From: Nitrospirota bacterium
Lineage (GTDB): Bacteria; Nitrospirota; UBA9217
Assembly: GCA_023229435.1 (NCBI GenBank)
Contig: JALNZF010000001.1
Coordinates: 320,002 to 384,001 of the forward strand
Reading direction: 5' to 3'
DNA: 64,000 nt
How positions within the stretch are numbered: position 1 is the stretch's first letter; every line of letters starts with the position of its first letter. Positions 19,529-27,618 of this stretch are shown here, one piece after another. The translations under genes were made by a program, and so were the position numbers. Under the pieces are notes generated by a model. It was not told the DNA's origin. It did no database searches and worked only from the letters and a program-made list of their open reading frames with translations.

Positions 19529-20866
19529 TTAAATCTGGTCGGTGTCAACGACCAGTTTGATCTTCTGTCCTGCGCGCACACTTCTGCCGATACCCTTGTT
19601 CCACTCCCGGATGTCGGCGATGGTCACATTGTGATTCTTCGCGATCCGAATAAGCGTTTCGCCGCGCCTGACGCGGTAGAGTATCTGCTGTTGTTTGCTT
19701 GCCTGCCCCATTGACAAGTAGCTGACGTCATGGTTTTTCCCGTTTATGTCTATGGGAATGAGCAGGTGCCTGCCCGGCGCTATCCGGTTCTTTTTAAGCC
19801 CGTTGATGTCGCGGATAGCCTCCGGGTTCGTGTTGTACTGTTTTGCCAGCGAGGAGAGCGTTTCGCCTTTTCTGACCTCATGCCGTTCCCACTTGATTTT
19901 CTGCTCCGGAGGGATAGCGGCATAGTTCGCAAGGAATTTCTCTTTCTTGCCAACGGGGATTCTCAGGGTGTACCGGTCATAGTGCGGAGGAGTTACCCAC
20001 CGTTTGATCTCGGGGTTCAACTCTTTGATATCCTGATAAGCGCATTCAGCGCAACGGGCTATCAGTCGAAGGTCCGTGCTTTCTTCGATCACCACTTCAT
20101 CATACGTGTAGGGATCGACCGCCGTTACGATGAAGCCGTAGGCCTCCGGGTTCTTGGCTATGATGGTTGCGGCCATGTATTTGGGAACATAATTCTTCGT
20201 TTCCGGCCTGATGTACCGCGAGGCTTTCAGGTCCCAGAAGTCATCGGAGCGGGTCCTGCGCACGGCGCGCTGGACTTTGCCGGCGCCCGCATTATACGAT
20301 GCGAGGGCCAGGGGCCAGGAGCCAAAGAGGTTGTGCAGGTCTTTCAGATGCTCAGCAGCAGCATTCGTGGACTTAATGGGGTCCTTCCGTTCATCGATCC
20401 ACCAGTCGATCCTGAGTCCGTAGATTTTTCCCGTTGCGGACATGAATTGCCAGGGACCGACGGCCCGCGCCCAGGACACTGCATAGGGGTTGAATCCGCT
20501 CTCGATCATTGCCACGTAGACAAGGTCCTCTGGAAGGTTCTTTTCTTTGAAGATCTCCCTCATTACGGGAATATACCGTGCGGACCGGTCAAGCCAGATC
20601 TGAAACACATCGCGCCCGCGCGTCTTGAAATAATCCAGGTGGTTTTCCACGCTGTCGTTCAGGATCATGGGGATATTATAGGGTTTTACATAGGCTGGAT
20701 ATTCAATGACTTCATCCAGTTGGGCCAAATCTTCGGATGGAGGCTTCAATTGAGAGGGGATTACTTCCTCCGTTTCAGGTGAAATAGCATCTGAATGCAC
20801 GGGTTGAACGGGGAAAAGGGAAAGAACACTAAGTATCAATAAAATAAGGACAATTTTATAGTTCAT
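19529..20866 (-). CDS. mltD: Membrane-bound lytic murein transglycosylase D-like (SLT domain plus three LysM domains)
   Basis: Signal peptide, SLT motif MIESGFNPYAVSWARAVGPWQFM, and three C-terminal LysM repeats (HEVRKGETLSSLAKQY, YRVRRGETLIRIAKNH, HTVKPGDTL...). Confidence 0.85.
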   Translation of the reverse strand: MNYKIVLILLILSVLSLFPVQPVHSDAISPETEEVIPSQLKPPSEDLAQLDEVIEYPAYVKPYNIPMILNDSVENHLDYFKTRGRDVFQIWLDRSARYIPVMREIFKEKNLPEDLVYVAMIESGFNPYAVSWARAVGPWQFMSATGKIYGLRIDWWIDERKDPIKSTNAAAEHLKDLHNLFGSWPLALASYNAGAGKVQRAVRRTRSDDFWDLKASRYIRPETKNYVPKYMAATIIAKNPEAYGFIVTAVDPYTYDEVVIEESTDLRLIARCAECAYQDIKELNPEIKRWVTPPHYDRYTLRIPVGKKEKFLANYAAIPPEQKIKWERHEVRKGETLSSLAKQYNTNPEAIRDINGLKKNRIAPGRHLLIPIDINGKNHDVSYLSMGQASKQQQILYRVRRGETLIRIAKNHNVTIADIREWNKGIGRSVRAGQKIKLVVDTDQI

Positions 20867-21088
20867 ATTTTCTCCTTTGCGTACTTAAAACTTACATTAT
20901 CTGTTGATTATTGTCAAGAAAAAAGACGAATAAAATATGTGGAACTTAATATTAATTTTGGTTTATTTTCAGGTAAAACCACAACGAAAATGGTAAGGAT
21001 TTTCTCTGTGCCTCCGCGTCTCCGCGGTTAAATTCGACTTATTGCGATTTCATCGATATTACTACAATATTCTGAAAGAGTCCTTTAA

Positions 21089-21226
21089 CAGGTTGTTGAA
21101 AAACACTTAGTTTACCCTTCGACCCTTCGGCAAACTCAGGGCGAACGGAGCGTGTCTTGAATTTATTCGTATTTATCCGTTCGTGGTGAGCCTGTCGAAC
21201 CACAAAAAGACTTTTTCAACGGCCTG
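21089..21226. mobile_element. MITE-like element copy 2 (~138 bp), in the same orientation as copy 1, flanked by TTAA/TAAA
   Basis: Same terminal inverted repeats and internal sequence as 19321-19465. It carries one rather than two CTCAGGG units. Confidence 0.75.
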
Positions 21227-21386
21227 TAAAAAAATTAATCCGTGTCTCGACGCGGACTGTGTTTCTGTAATGCCGGAACCGCAGCCTATTATTTTTTTGA
21301 GGTGATACTGGTTGAACTATATTGTTCGAAGCTCTCCTCCGAGGTTACACTTGTAATTCACGGTATTGTTCTGTATTATTGCCTGC

Positions 21387-22142
21387 ATGGAACACGCCCG
21401 TATTCACGAGATCTTCAGCTCAATTCAAGGAGAGGGCCCATGGGTCGGCCAGCGGCATATCTTTGTACGCTTTGCGGGGTGCGATATCCGATGCCGTTAC
21501 TGCGATACACAAACTGACTCTCACTTGGGAACTAAAGAACCGGACCTTCAATTCTGCAGCGTTCAACCCGTGCCGGGATCGAACAAGCGCGAACAGGCGC
21601 CGAGTTCGCTTTCATCCGAGATGCTTACACAATACTGCACACGCCTCATGATACCGGGCCCGTCGCGCCCGGTGATCAGTCTGACCGGTGGCGAGCCGCT
21701 GTTGCAGGCATCGTTTCTGGCGGACTGGCTTCCTACGGTGCGCGGCACATTCAGGATTTATCTCGAAACAAGCGGTATTCATCACGATGCCATGACGGAC
21801 ATGAGAGATCTGGTGGACGTCGTAAGCATCGATTTTAAGCTTCCTTCCGCCACCGGGCTGCGACCGTTTTGGGAGGAACACAAGAAGTTTTTGCAGGCAG
21901 CGCAGGGGAAAGCACTTTTTATAAAAGTTGTTGTGACAAAAGACACGGAGAAGAATGATATCCTCACTTCCGCCGGGATCATTGCCGGTTTTGACCTATT
22001 CACGACGCTCATTATTCAGCCTGCGGGGGGGGCTCATGCTCCTGAATCTATCCTGCTCATGGATTTTCAAGATGCGGCGCTCGGGATCCTGTCAGATGTT
22101 CGCGTCATTCCTCAGGCGCATACGATGTTGAACGTACCGTAG
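21387..22142 (+). CDS. queE: 7-carboxy-7-deazaguanine synthase (radical SAM, queuosine pathway)
   Basis: IHEIFSSIQGEGPWVGQRHIFVRFAGCDIRCRYCDT matches the QueE signature (IQGEG plus CxxxCxxC). The ORF track begins at 21366, and the ATG at 21387 fits the family N-terminus. Confidence 0.75.
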   Translation: MEHARIHEIFSSIQGEGPWVGQRHIFVRFAGCDIRCRYCDTQTDSHLGTKEPDLQFCSVQPVPGSNKREQAPSSLSSEMLTQYCTRLMIPGPSRPVISLTGGEPLLQASFLADWLPTVRGTFRIYLETSGIHHDAMTDMRDLVDVVSIDFKLPSATGLRPFWEEHKKFLQAAQGKALFIKVVVTKDTEKNDILTSAGIIAGFDLFTTLIIQPAGGAHAPESILLMDFQDAALGILSDVRVIPQAHTMLNVP

Positions 22143-22195
22143 AAGAATACGGGAGACGGAATCATAAACAGAAATTATAAACGGTATAACAGCGC

Positions 22196-23617
22196 ATGCA
22201 TTTCAACATCCTCTCTCTGGTCGTAGAAGAACTTGACGCGCTCCTCACGAACGCGCGGGTGGACCGCGTGTATCAGGGGAGCGGCGGCGGATTGTATCTT
22301 CTTCTTAATCGCGAGCGGAAAAAGTTCATCCTTCTGCTTTCCCCGGACCGTGCCCTGCCCCGACTGCATCTGGTGAGCGTGAAACCGGATGCCGAGGACC
22401 CGCCCCACGGCTTTATTCTCTTCCTCAGGAGCCGCGTGTCCGGCGCACGGTTAAAGGGCATCAGCCTCATGAATCAGGACCGGGTCGTGGAAATCCGCTT
22501 CAGCAGGCAGGGAGAAGAATGTCTCCTCCTTTTCGAACTCTTCGGTTCATCGGCCAATCTTATCGTTGTTGATGCATCATCGACGATCCTCGCGGTGTAC
22601 AACCCGGTCCCGCCCGCGGAAGAAGCGTCACGTTCGCTGCTTCCGGGACTCCGTTACAGCGCTCCCGAAAAACCGGGCAACACCGGCTTTCAGAAGAGCA
22701 ACCTCCCAAGCGGCTTCGAAACAGGTGCTTCCGCCAACAAGGCTGCGGAACGCTATTACGAAAACCTCATCGAGCGGAAGCATATCGCAGCACTCCGGAC
22801 CGAACTTTCCTCCCGAATAAGAAAAGACCTTTCAAAGACCGTTCGTCTGATCAGCGCCTTGTCAGGAGATTTGGAATCAGCCGATCGGGTTGACGAATAC
22901 CGGCAGGCCGGGGACCTGGTCCTTGCGCATCTGAAAGAGCTGAGGACCGGAATGGAACGGGCGGACCTGACGGGGTATGACGGCACAACAGTTCCGGTTC
23001 TACTCGACCCGAAGCGTTCTCCGTCGGGGAACGCGGAACTCTATTTCAAAAAGTATAAAAAAGCAAAGAAGGGCAGGGACATCATCGCAGGGCGTCTGCG
23101 CCAGTCTGTTGATCAGAACTCATATCTCAAATCGCTTTTGAATGACATTGAACAGGCTCACGAGGTCAAAGCCCTCCTGTCCATCCGGTCCGGGCTTATT
23201 GCACAGGGACGACTTGATAAAAAGGCCGTCCCGCATAAAATAACGCGGCAGAAGACCGCATCTCCGGCGATAAGAACGATTATGTTCAACGGCTGGGAGA
23301 TCCTGGTGGGCAAGAGCGCGGCAGGCAACGATCATCTTACGATGAAACTGGCCCGCCCCGACGATCTCTGGCTCCATGCCGAGGGAATGCCCGGCTCTCA
23401 CGTGCTCGTCAGGAATCCGAATGCAGGGGTCATTCCGCCCGAAGTGCTGGTGAAAGCGGCCGCCCTGGCGGCGTTTCATAGCAAGGGAAAACATGCGGGT
23501 AAAGTGCCGGTGACGTATACCCGCGCAGGTCTGGTAAAAAAACCAAGGGGCGCGAAGCCGGGACTGGTGACGCTCCAGGAGCGGAAGTCCCTGATGGTCA
23601 AACCGGAGGATGGGTAG
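22196..23617 (+). CDS. NFACT-family protein (Rqc2/FbpA homolog, RqcH-like)
   Basis: N-terminal NFACT-N, central coiled coil, and a C-terminal NFACT-R/DUF814 signature (GMPGSHVLVRNPN...). Confidence 0.8.
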   Translation: MHFNILSLVVEELDALLTNARVDRVYQGSGGGLYLLLNRERKKFILLLSPDRALPRLHLVSVKPDAEDPPHGFILFLRSRVSGARLKGISLMNQDRVVEIRFSRQGEECLLLFELFGSSANLIVVDASSTILAVYNPVPPAEEASRSLLPGLRYSAPEKPGNTGFQKSNLPSGFETGASANKAAERYYENLIERKHIAALRTELSSRIRKDLSKTVRLISALSGDLESADRVDEYRQAGDLVLAHLKELRTGMERADLTGYDGTTVPVLLDPKRSPSGNAELYFKKYKKAKKGRDIIAGRLRQSVDQNSYLKSLLNDIEQAHEVKALLSIRSGLIAQGRLDKKAVPHKITRQKTASPAIRTIMFNGWEILVGKSAAGNDHLTMKLARPDDLWLHAEGMPGSHVLVRNPNAGVIPPEVLVKAAALAAFHSKGKHAGKVPVTYTRAGLVKKPRGAKPGLVTLQERKSLMVKPEDG

Positions 23618-23746
23618 CGCCTATCGACCTGCTTCCGGTAATAAACAGCACTGTTCATCGCAAGGTCGCTCAGGGAACGTGAATATTACCTTTACAGATT
23701 GAAAAGATTCGAGTAGTATTTATTTACTAACGACTGCTAAAAAATC

Positions 23747-25681
23747 ATGACAAAAAAAATCGTCATATCACTTCTCATGGCCTTCATGGTATTCGGTATC
23801 ACGATCTCCCTCTATTTCAGCGGCCAGTTCAAAAAACCTGAATTGTTCTTCTACGATGTCCAGGCAAAGCTCCTTCGTGCTGATAAGGTTTCGGACAGCA
23901 AGATCAAAGTCATTCTCGCTGATGAGGCCGCCTTCTCGTCAATGTCGGACATTGCGGGCAGATGGCCCTGGCCTCGGGCCATCTGGGCGGACCTGCTTGA
24001 TTATCTCTCGATGGGTGGAGCGCGGAAAGTGCTCTTCGATATTGTTTTTTTCGAGCGAGACCGATACAGTGAGAAAAATGACAGGGCGCTCATCGATGCC
24101 ACGAATGCATCGCAGAATGCATACCATAGCATAATGATAAGAAAGGAGGAACCGGACGACAACGCGGAGAACAACACATACTTGAATCGGCCCATGCCTG
24201 GTGAATTTATAAACCGGTTTGCGCTTAAGAATGTCAGCGGTATGCTGCAGGTGCAGCCTGGCAGTGAGTACAACGACTTTAAGCTTCCCATTGCAGGCCT
24301 GGCCGGGGTTTCAAAAGGGATAACCGTTGTTGAATTTTCCCCTGACGGCGACGGGGTATACCGGAGGACCCAACCGATCCGTGAATATCAGGGAAATTAT
24401 TTTCCCGTGCTTGGCCTTGCTCCTTTTATCGATGACACAAGCGGTGTCGTCATACAAAATAATACCATTACGATCAATGACCGTACCATCCCGGTTGACG
24501 AGAACGGCAATTGTATCATCAACATGTACGGTCTGAACAAGGTCGACACGTATTCCATGAGCGGCGTGTTCGCGTCGCTCCAGAAGATCAGAAGCGGCGA
24601 AGTGGAAAACCTCCTGGTAGACCCGGAGATCTTCAGGGACAGCATCGTGTTCGTCGGCGTGAGCGCCGTGGGCGGCGCGGACCTCAAACCGATACCGATG
24701 GCCCCCAGCGCGCCCGGTGTAATGCTCCATGTCTTCCTCGCGAACAACTATCTCAAGAATGATTTCATGAGGCCGCCGGAAAAATTGCTGACATTCACCT
24801 CCATGTTCATCGGGGTGTTCCTCACGTCCTGGGCCGTGATGTTCAACAAACGGCTTATTTTCAGGGCAGTGTTCCCGTTCGCCATTCTCGCGCTCTATAT
24901 CGGTTTTGCGTTATTCTCATTTAAATCGAACATACTCGTCGAAATGGTCCCCTTTGTTTTCGCCACAGTCTCAAGCGGGTTCCTCTCCTTCGGCTATCTC
25001 ACCTTTACCGAGGCCGCGGAAAAGCGACAGGTATCGCACCTCTTCGCCCAGTATGTATCCAAGGAAGTGCTCAATGAGGTCCTGAACAATTATAAGGAGT
25101 ACCTGAAGACGAGCGCCGGCCAGAGGGTCGAGCTTACGGTCCTGTTTTCGGACATCCGGGGGTTCACGACGATCTCCGAGACCACTCCGCCTGAGAAGAT
25201 CGTGGAAATGCTGAATATCCATTTTTCGGTCATGGCCGGCATCATCCTGAAACATAACGGCACGATTGACAAATACATCGGCGATGCGATCATGGCCTTC
25301 TGGGGAGCGCCGGTCAAGACGGAGGACCATGCGGAGCGGGCGGTGCTGGCCGCAATGGAGATGCTCGAAGGCCTCAAAACCGTGAACAACGCCCTGATAG
25401 AGCTTGGGTTTGATCATGAAATTAATATCGGCATCGGCATCAATACCGGTGTTGCCACGATCGGGAACATCGGCTCCGAGCAAAAAAAGAACTATACGAT
25501 CGTCGGGGACACGGTTAATCTCTCATCGCGGCTTGAAAGCATCACCAAGGAATATAAGACCCCCTTGCTGTTCTCGGAATACACGTATGAGAAGATCAAG
25601 GACAAAATTAATTGCAAGTTGATCGGTAATGTCAAGGTAAAGGGCAGGGAGAAGCCTGTTTATATTTATACGGCGGAGTAG
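23747..25681 (+). CDS. CHASE2 sensor domain-containing adenylate/guanylate cyclase
   Basis: N-terminal transmembrane helix plus extracytoplasmic CHASE2, then three transmembrane helices. C-terminal class III cyclase domain (LTVLFSDIRGFTTISE...GDAIMAFWGAP...GINTGVATIGNIG). Confidence 0.9.
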   Translation: MTKKIVISLLMAFMVFGITISLYFSGQFKKPELFFYDVQAKLLRADKVSDSKIKVILADEAAFSSMSDIAGRWPWPRAIWADLLDYLSMGGARKVLFDIVFFERDRYSEKNDRALIDATNASQNAYHSIMIRKEEPDDNAENNTYLNRPMPGEFINRFALKNVSGMLQVQPGSEYNDFKLPIAGLAGVSKGITVVEFSPDGDGVYRRTQPIREYQGNYFPVLGLAPFIDDTSGVVIQNNTITINDRTIPVDENGNCIINMYGLNKVDTYSMSGVFASLQKIRSGEVENLLVDPEIFRDSIVFVGVSAVGGADLKPIPMAPSAPGVMLHVFLANNYLKNDFMRPPEKLLTFTSMFIGVFLTSWAVMFNKRLIFRAVFPFAILALYIGFALFSFKSNILVEMVPFVFATVSSGFLSFGYLTFTEAAEKRQVSHLFAQYVSKEVLNEVLNNYKEYLKTSAGQRVELTVLFSDIRGFTTISETTPPEKIVEMLNIHFSVMAGIILKHNGTIDKYIGDAIMAFWGAPVKTEDHAERAVLAAMEMLEGLKTVNNALIELGFDHEINIGIGINTGVATIGNIGSEQKKNYTIVGDTVNLSSRLESITKEYKTPLLFSEYTYEKIKDKINCKLIGNVKVKGREKPVYIYTAE

Positions 25682-25690
25682 CGTTAAAAC

Positions 25691-25718
25691 AGTTTGGAGT
25701 TGGGAGTTCGTAGTTCGG
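25691..25718. repeat. Tandem heptanucleotide repeats AGTTNGN, 4 units
   Basis: AGTTTGG AGTTGGG AGTTCGT AGTTCGG immediately 3' of the cyclase stop. A related array lies at 38623-38664. Confidence 0.6.
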
Positions 25719-25792
25719 AGGGCCGAAGAAGAGGCAGTATCCAAAGCGCCGAATTTAATGCTCTTAACTACAAACTCAATACTCCGAACTAA

Positions 25793-26047
25793 TACAAACG
25801 CATAAAATATTGTTACCTGTAGGGCAAGGCTTTAGTTTTGCTTTAACAGGTTGTTGAAAAACGCTTAGTTTACCCTTCGACCCTTCGGCAAGCTCAGGGC
25901 TCAGGGCGAACGGAGCGTGTATTGAATTTATTCGTATTTATCCGTTCGTGGTGAGCCTGTCGAACCACAAAAGACTTTTTCAACAGCCTGTTAAACAACC
26001 CTGAAGGGTTGCCCTGCAAATGATATAATAACAATTATTGCGTTTGC
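25793..26047. repeat. Second copy of the 107-bp palindromic element, interrupted at its central TTAA by a MITE insertion
   Basis: Left arm tacaaacgcataaaatattgttacctgtagggcaaggctttag...gcttTTAA, then the MITE, then TTAAacaaccctgaagggttgccctgcaaatgatataataacaattattgcgtttgc. The uninterrupted homolog is at 12777-12883. Confidence 0.75.
25847..25990. mobile_element. MITE-like element copy 3 (144 bp) nested in the palindromic element, with a perfect TTAA target-site duplication
   Basis: TTAA at 25843-25846 and 25991-25994. The terminal inverted repeats CAGGTTGTTGAAAAA...TTTTTCAACAGCCTG are present. The empty site gctttaaGcaaccc at 12824-12837 matches the reconstructed pre-insertion sequence. Confidence 0.8.
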
Positions 26048-26070
26048 TATAATGAATTAGGAGGTGTGCC

Positions 26071-26559
26071 ATGAGAAAGACGCTTTTACAGGTAGTGATG
26101 GTCGTGGTGAGTGTTTTCTTTGCAACAACGCTGTATGCTCAGACGGATTATTATGTCCAGAGCGTAAAGGCCAAGGTGATGTCCGGCCCATCGTTCAAGT
26201 CCGGGGTCATCTCCGAGGTATCCAAGGGGCACAAACTGAGCTCATCAGGCAAAGAAGGCTCCTGGGTAAAGGTCAGGATCTCCGACAAGGATGGATACGT
26301 GTCGTCCCTTCTGGTGTCGACCCACCCGCCCTTTGAAAAAACGGGGATTATCAAGGGCGAGGACGCTGAAATAAAGCAGGGTGTTCGCCGCCGCGCTTCA
26401 TCCTATACGAGCGCCGCCGCCGCCCGTGGTCTGGCGCAGGACGAACGCAGGAGGCTGAGCAAGGAAGAGGCAATCGACTACTATTCACTTGATAAGGTTG
26501 AGTCCTTTACCTTGAGCCCCGACGAAATCACCCGGTTCATGGAGGGTAAAAAACTATGA
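26071..26559 (+). CDS. Secreted bacterial SH3-domain protein
   Basis: AGGAGGTG ribosome-binding site and signal peptide. The SH3b-like core YYVQSVKAKVMSGPSFKSGVISEVSKGHKL...GSWVKVRISDKDGYV is present. Confidence 0.7.
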   Translation: MRKTLLQVVMVVVSVFFATTLYAQTDYYVQSVKAKVMSGPSFKSGVISEVSKGHKLSSSGKEGSWVKVRISDKDGYVSSLLVSTHPPFEKTGIIKGEDAEIKQGVRRRASSYTSAAAARGLAQDERRRLSKEEAIDYYSLDKVESFTLSPDEITRFMEGKKL

Positions 26560-27401
26560 AGATCTCCATCTCCCTGTTCGTGGTTATAACAGCATTGTGT
26601 TTTCTCTTACCCGGAGCGCTCATTGCGGCGGAACCCGAGGCGCAGTTCAGACAGCGGGTATCGACCGGCGATGTAGAGCTGTCGTCCGATGTAGACGAAG
26701 AGGTAAGGTTCGGACGCGAAGTGGCGGCGCGGGTCATCGCCCGGTACGGACTCTATGAGAATCCGAAGCTTATGAAATACGTCAATCTGGTCGGAAGCGT
26801 CATCGCGCGGACCACGAATCGTCCTGAGCTCGATTTTCATTTTGCCGTTCTGAACACGGACGAGATCAACGCCTATGCCGCGCCAGGCGGCTATGTATTC
26901 ATCACCCGGGGCGCGATGCTCAAGATGCAGGACGAGGCGGAGCTCGCGGGCGTGATCGCCCATGAGATGGGGCACATTGTCGAGAAGCATGTGGTGAAGG
27001 AGCTGAAGATCAAGGGGTCCGATGAATCGACTGCCGCGGGCCTCGCGGCGATCATCGGCGGCTCATCCCAGTCGGCACGCACGGCGTTCTCACAGGCAGT
27101 GGACCAGGCGCTGGACATGCTTTTCAAGAACGGCTACAAACGCGAAGACGAGACACAGGCCGATAAGGACGCGGTCCTGTTTTGCGCGCTTTCAGGGTAT
27201 GAACCGTCCGGACTGGTGAAGTTTTTTGAACGGCTCAATACCCAGAAGGGAAAGAATACCGGGGTACTTGACAAGACCCATCCCGCGTACGTGGACAGGA
27301 TCGCGTTGCTCAAGCGTACCATTACTGAAGAAGGCGTTGATACCGGAAGCTACAAAAACCATCAGGACCGATTTGCAGAGGTTATTAAAGAGTTGAAATG
27401 A
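26556..27401 (+). CDS. M48-family zinc metallopeptidase (periplasmic, BepA/YfgC-like without TPR)
   Basis: ATGA start overlap with the SH3 gene. Signal peptide, HEMGHIVEKH (HExxH) plus a downstream E, and the M48 pattern NAYAAPGGYVFITRG. Confidence 0.85.
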   Translation: MKISISLFVVITALCFLLPGALIAAEPEAQFRQRVSTGDVELSSDVDEEVRFGREVAARVIARYGLYENPKLMKYVNLVGSVIARTTNRPELDFHFAVLNTDEINAYAAPGGYVFITRGAMLKMQDEAELAGVIAHEMGHIVEKHVVKELKIKGSDESTAAGLAAIIGGSSQSARTAFSQAVDQALDMLFKNGYKREDETQADKDAVLFCALSGYEPSGLVKFFERLNTQKGKNTGVLDKTHPAYVDRIALLKRTITEEGVDTGSYKNHQDRFAEVIKELK

Positions 27402-27460
27402 CCACACATGCCGGTTTAAAATTAGTCACGGCATCAAAAAATCGAGATGTATCCTCATAT

Positions 27461-27545
27461 CGTCATCCCCAAATTTCTTTAATCGGGGATATGGTTTTAA
27501 TCAGGAAGAACCGGATTCCCGCTCAGAATCACTGCGGGAATGACC
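27461..27545. repeat. Structured intergenic element with terminal inverted repeats CGTCATCCCC ... GGGAATGACC and two internal hairpins (copy 1)
   Basis: cgtcatccccaaatttctttaatcggggat...ccggattcccgctcagaatcactgcgggaatgacc. A homolog at 48784-48859 has the same ends and the same ggattcc-hairpin-ggaatgac module. Confidence 0.6.
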
Positions 27546-27618
27546 AAGATATAGTATAGTTAGACCACTATTACTCAGGACATCAAAAAACTTTTTTTTA
27601 ATGAGACAGGGAGGACTT

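Noticed and set aside
19730-20782. 350-aa plus-strand ORF
   Set aside because: It is antisense to the SLT/LysM lytic transglycosylase gene and has no motifs. The same applies to other long antisense ORFs: 6726-7331(-), 8641-9594(-), 41044-41859(-), 49594-50454(-), 54232-55155(-), 55372-56112(-) and 59953-61062(-).
21233-21386. Possible preQ1 riboswitch upstream of queE
   Set aside because: No preQ1-I or preQ1-II consensus (for example the AGAGGTTCTAGCTACACCCTCTATAAAAAACTAA-like core) is recognisable. The region is mostly the MITE copy plus A/T-rich spacer.
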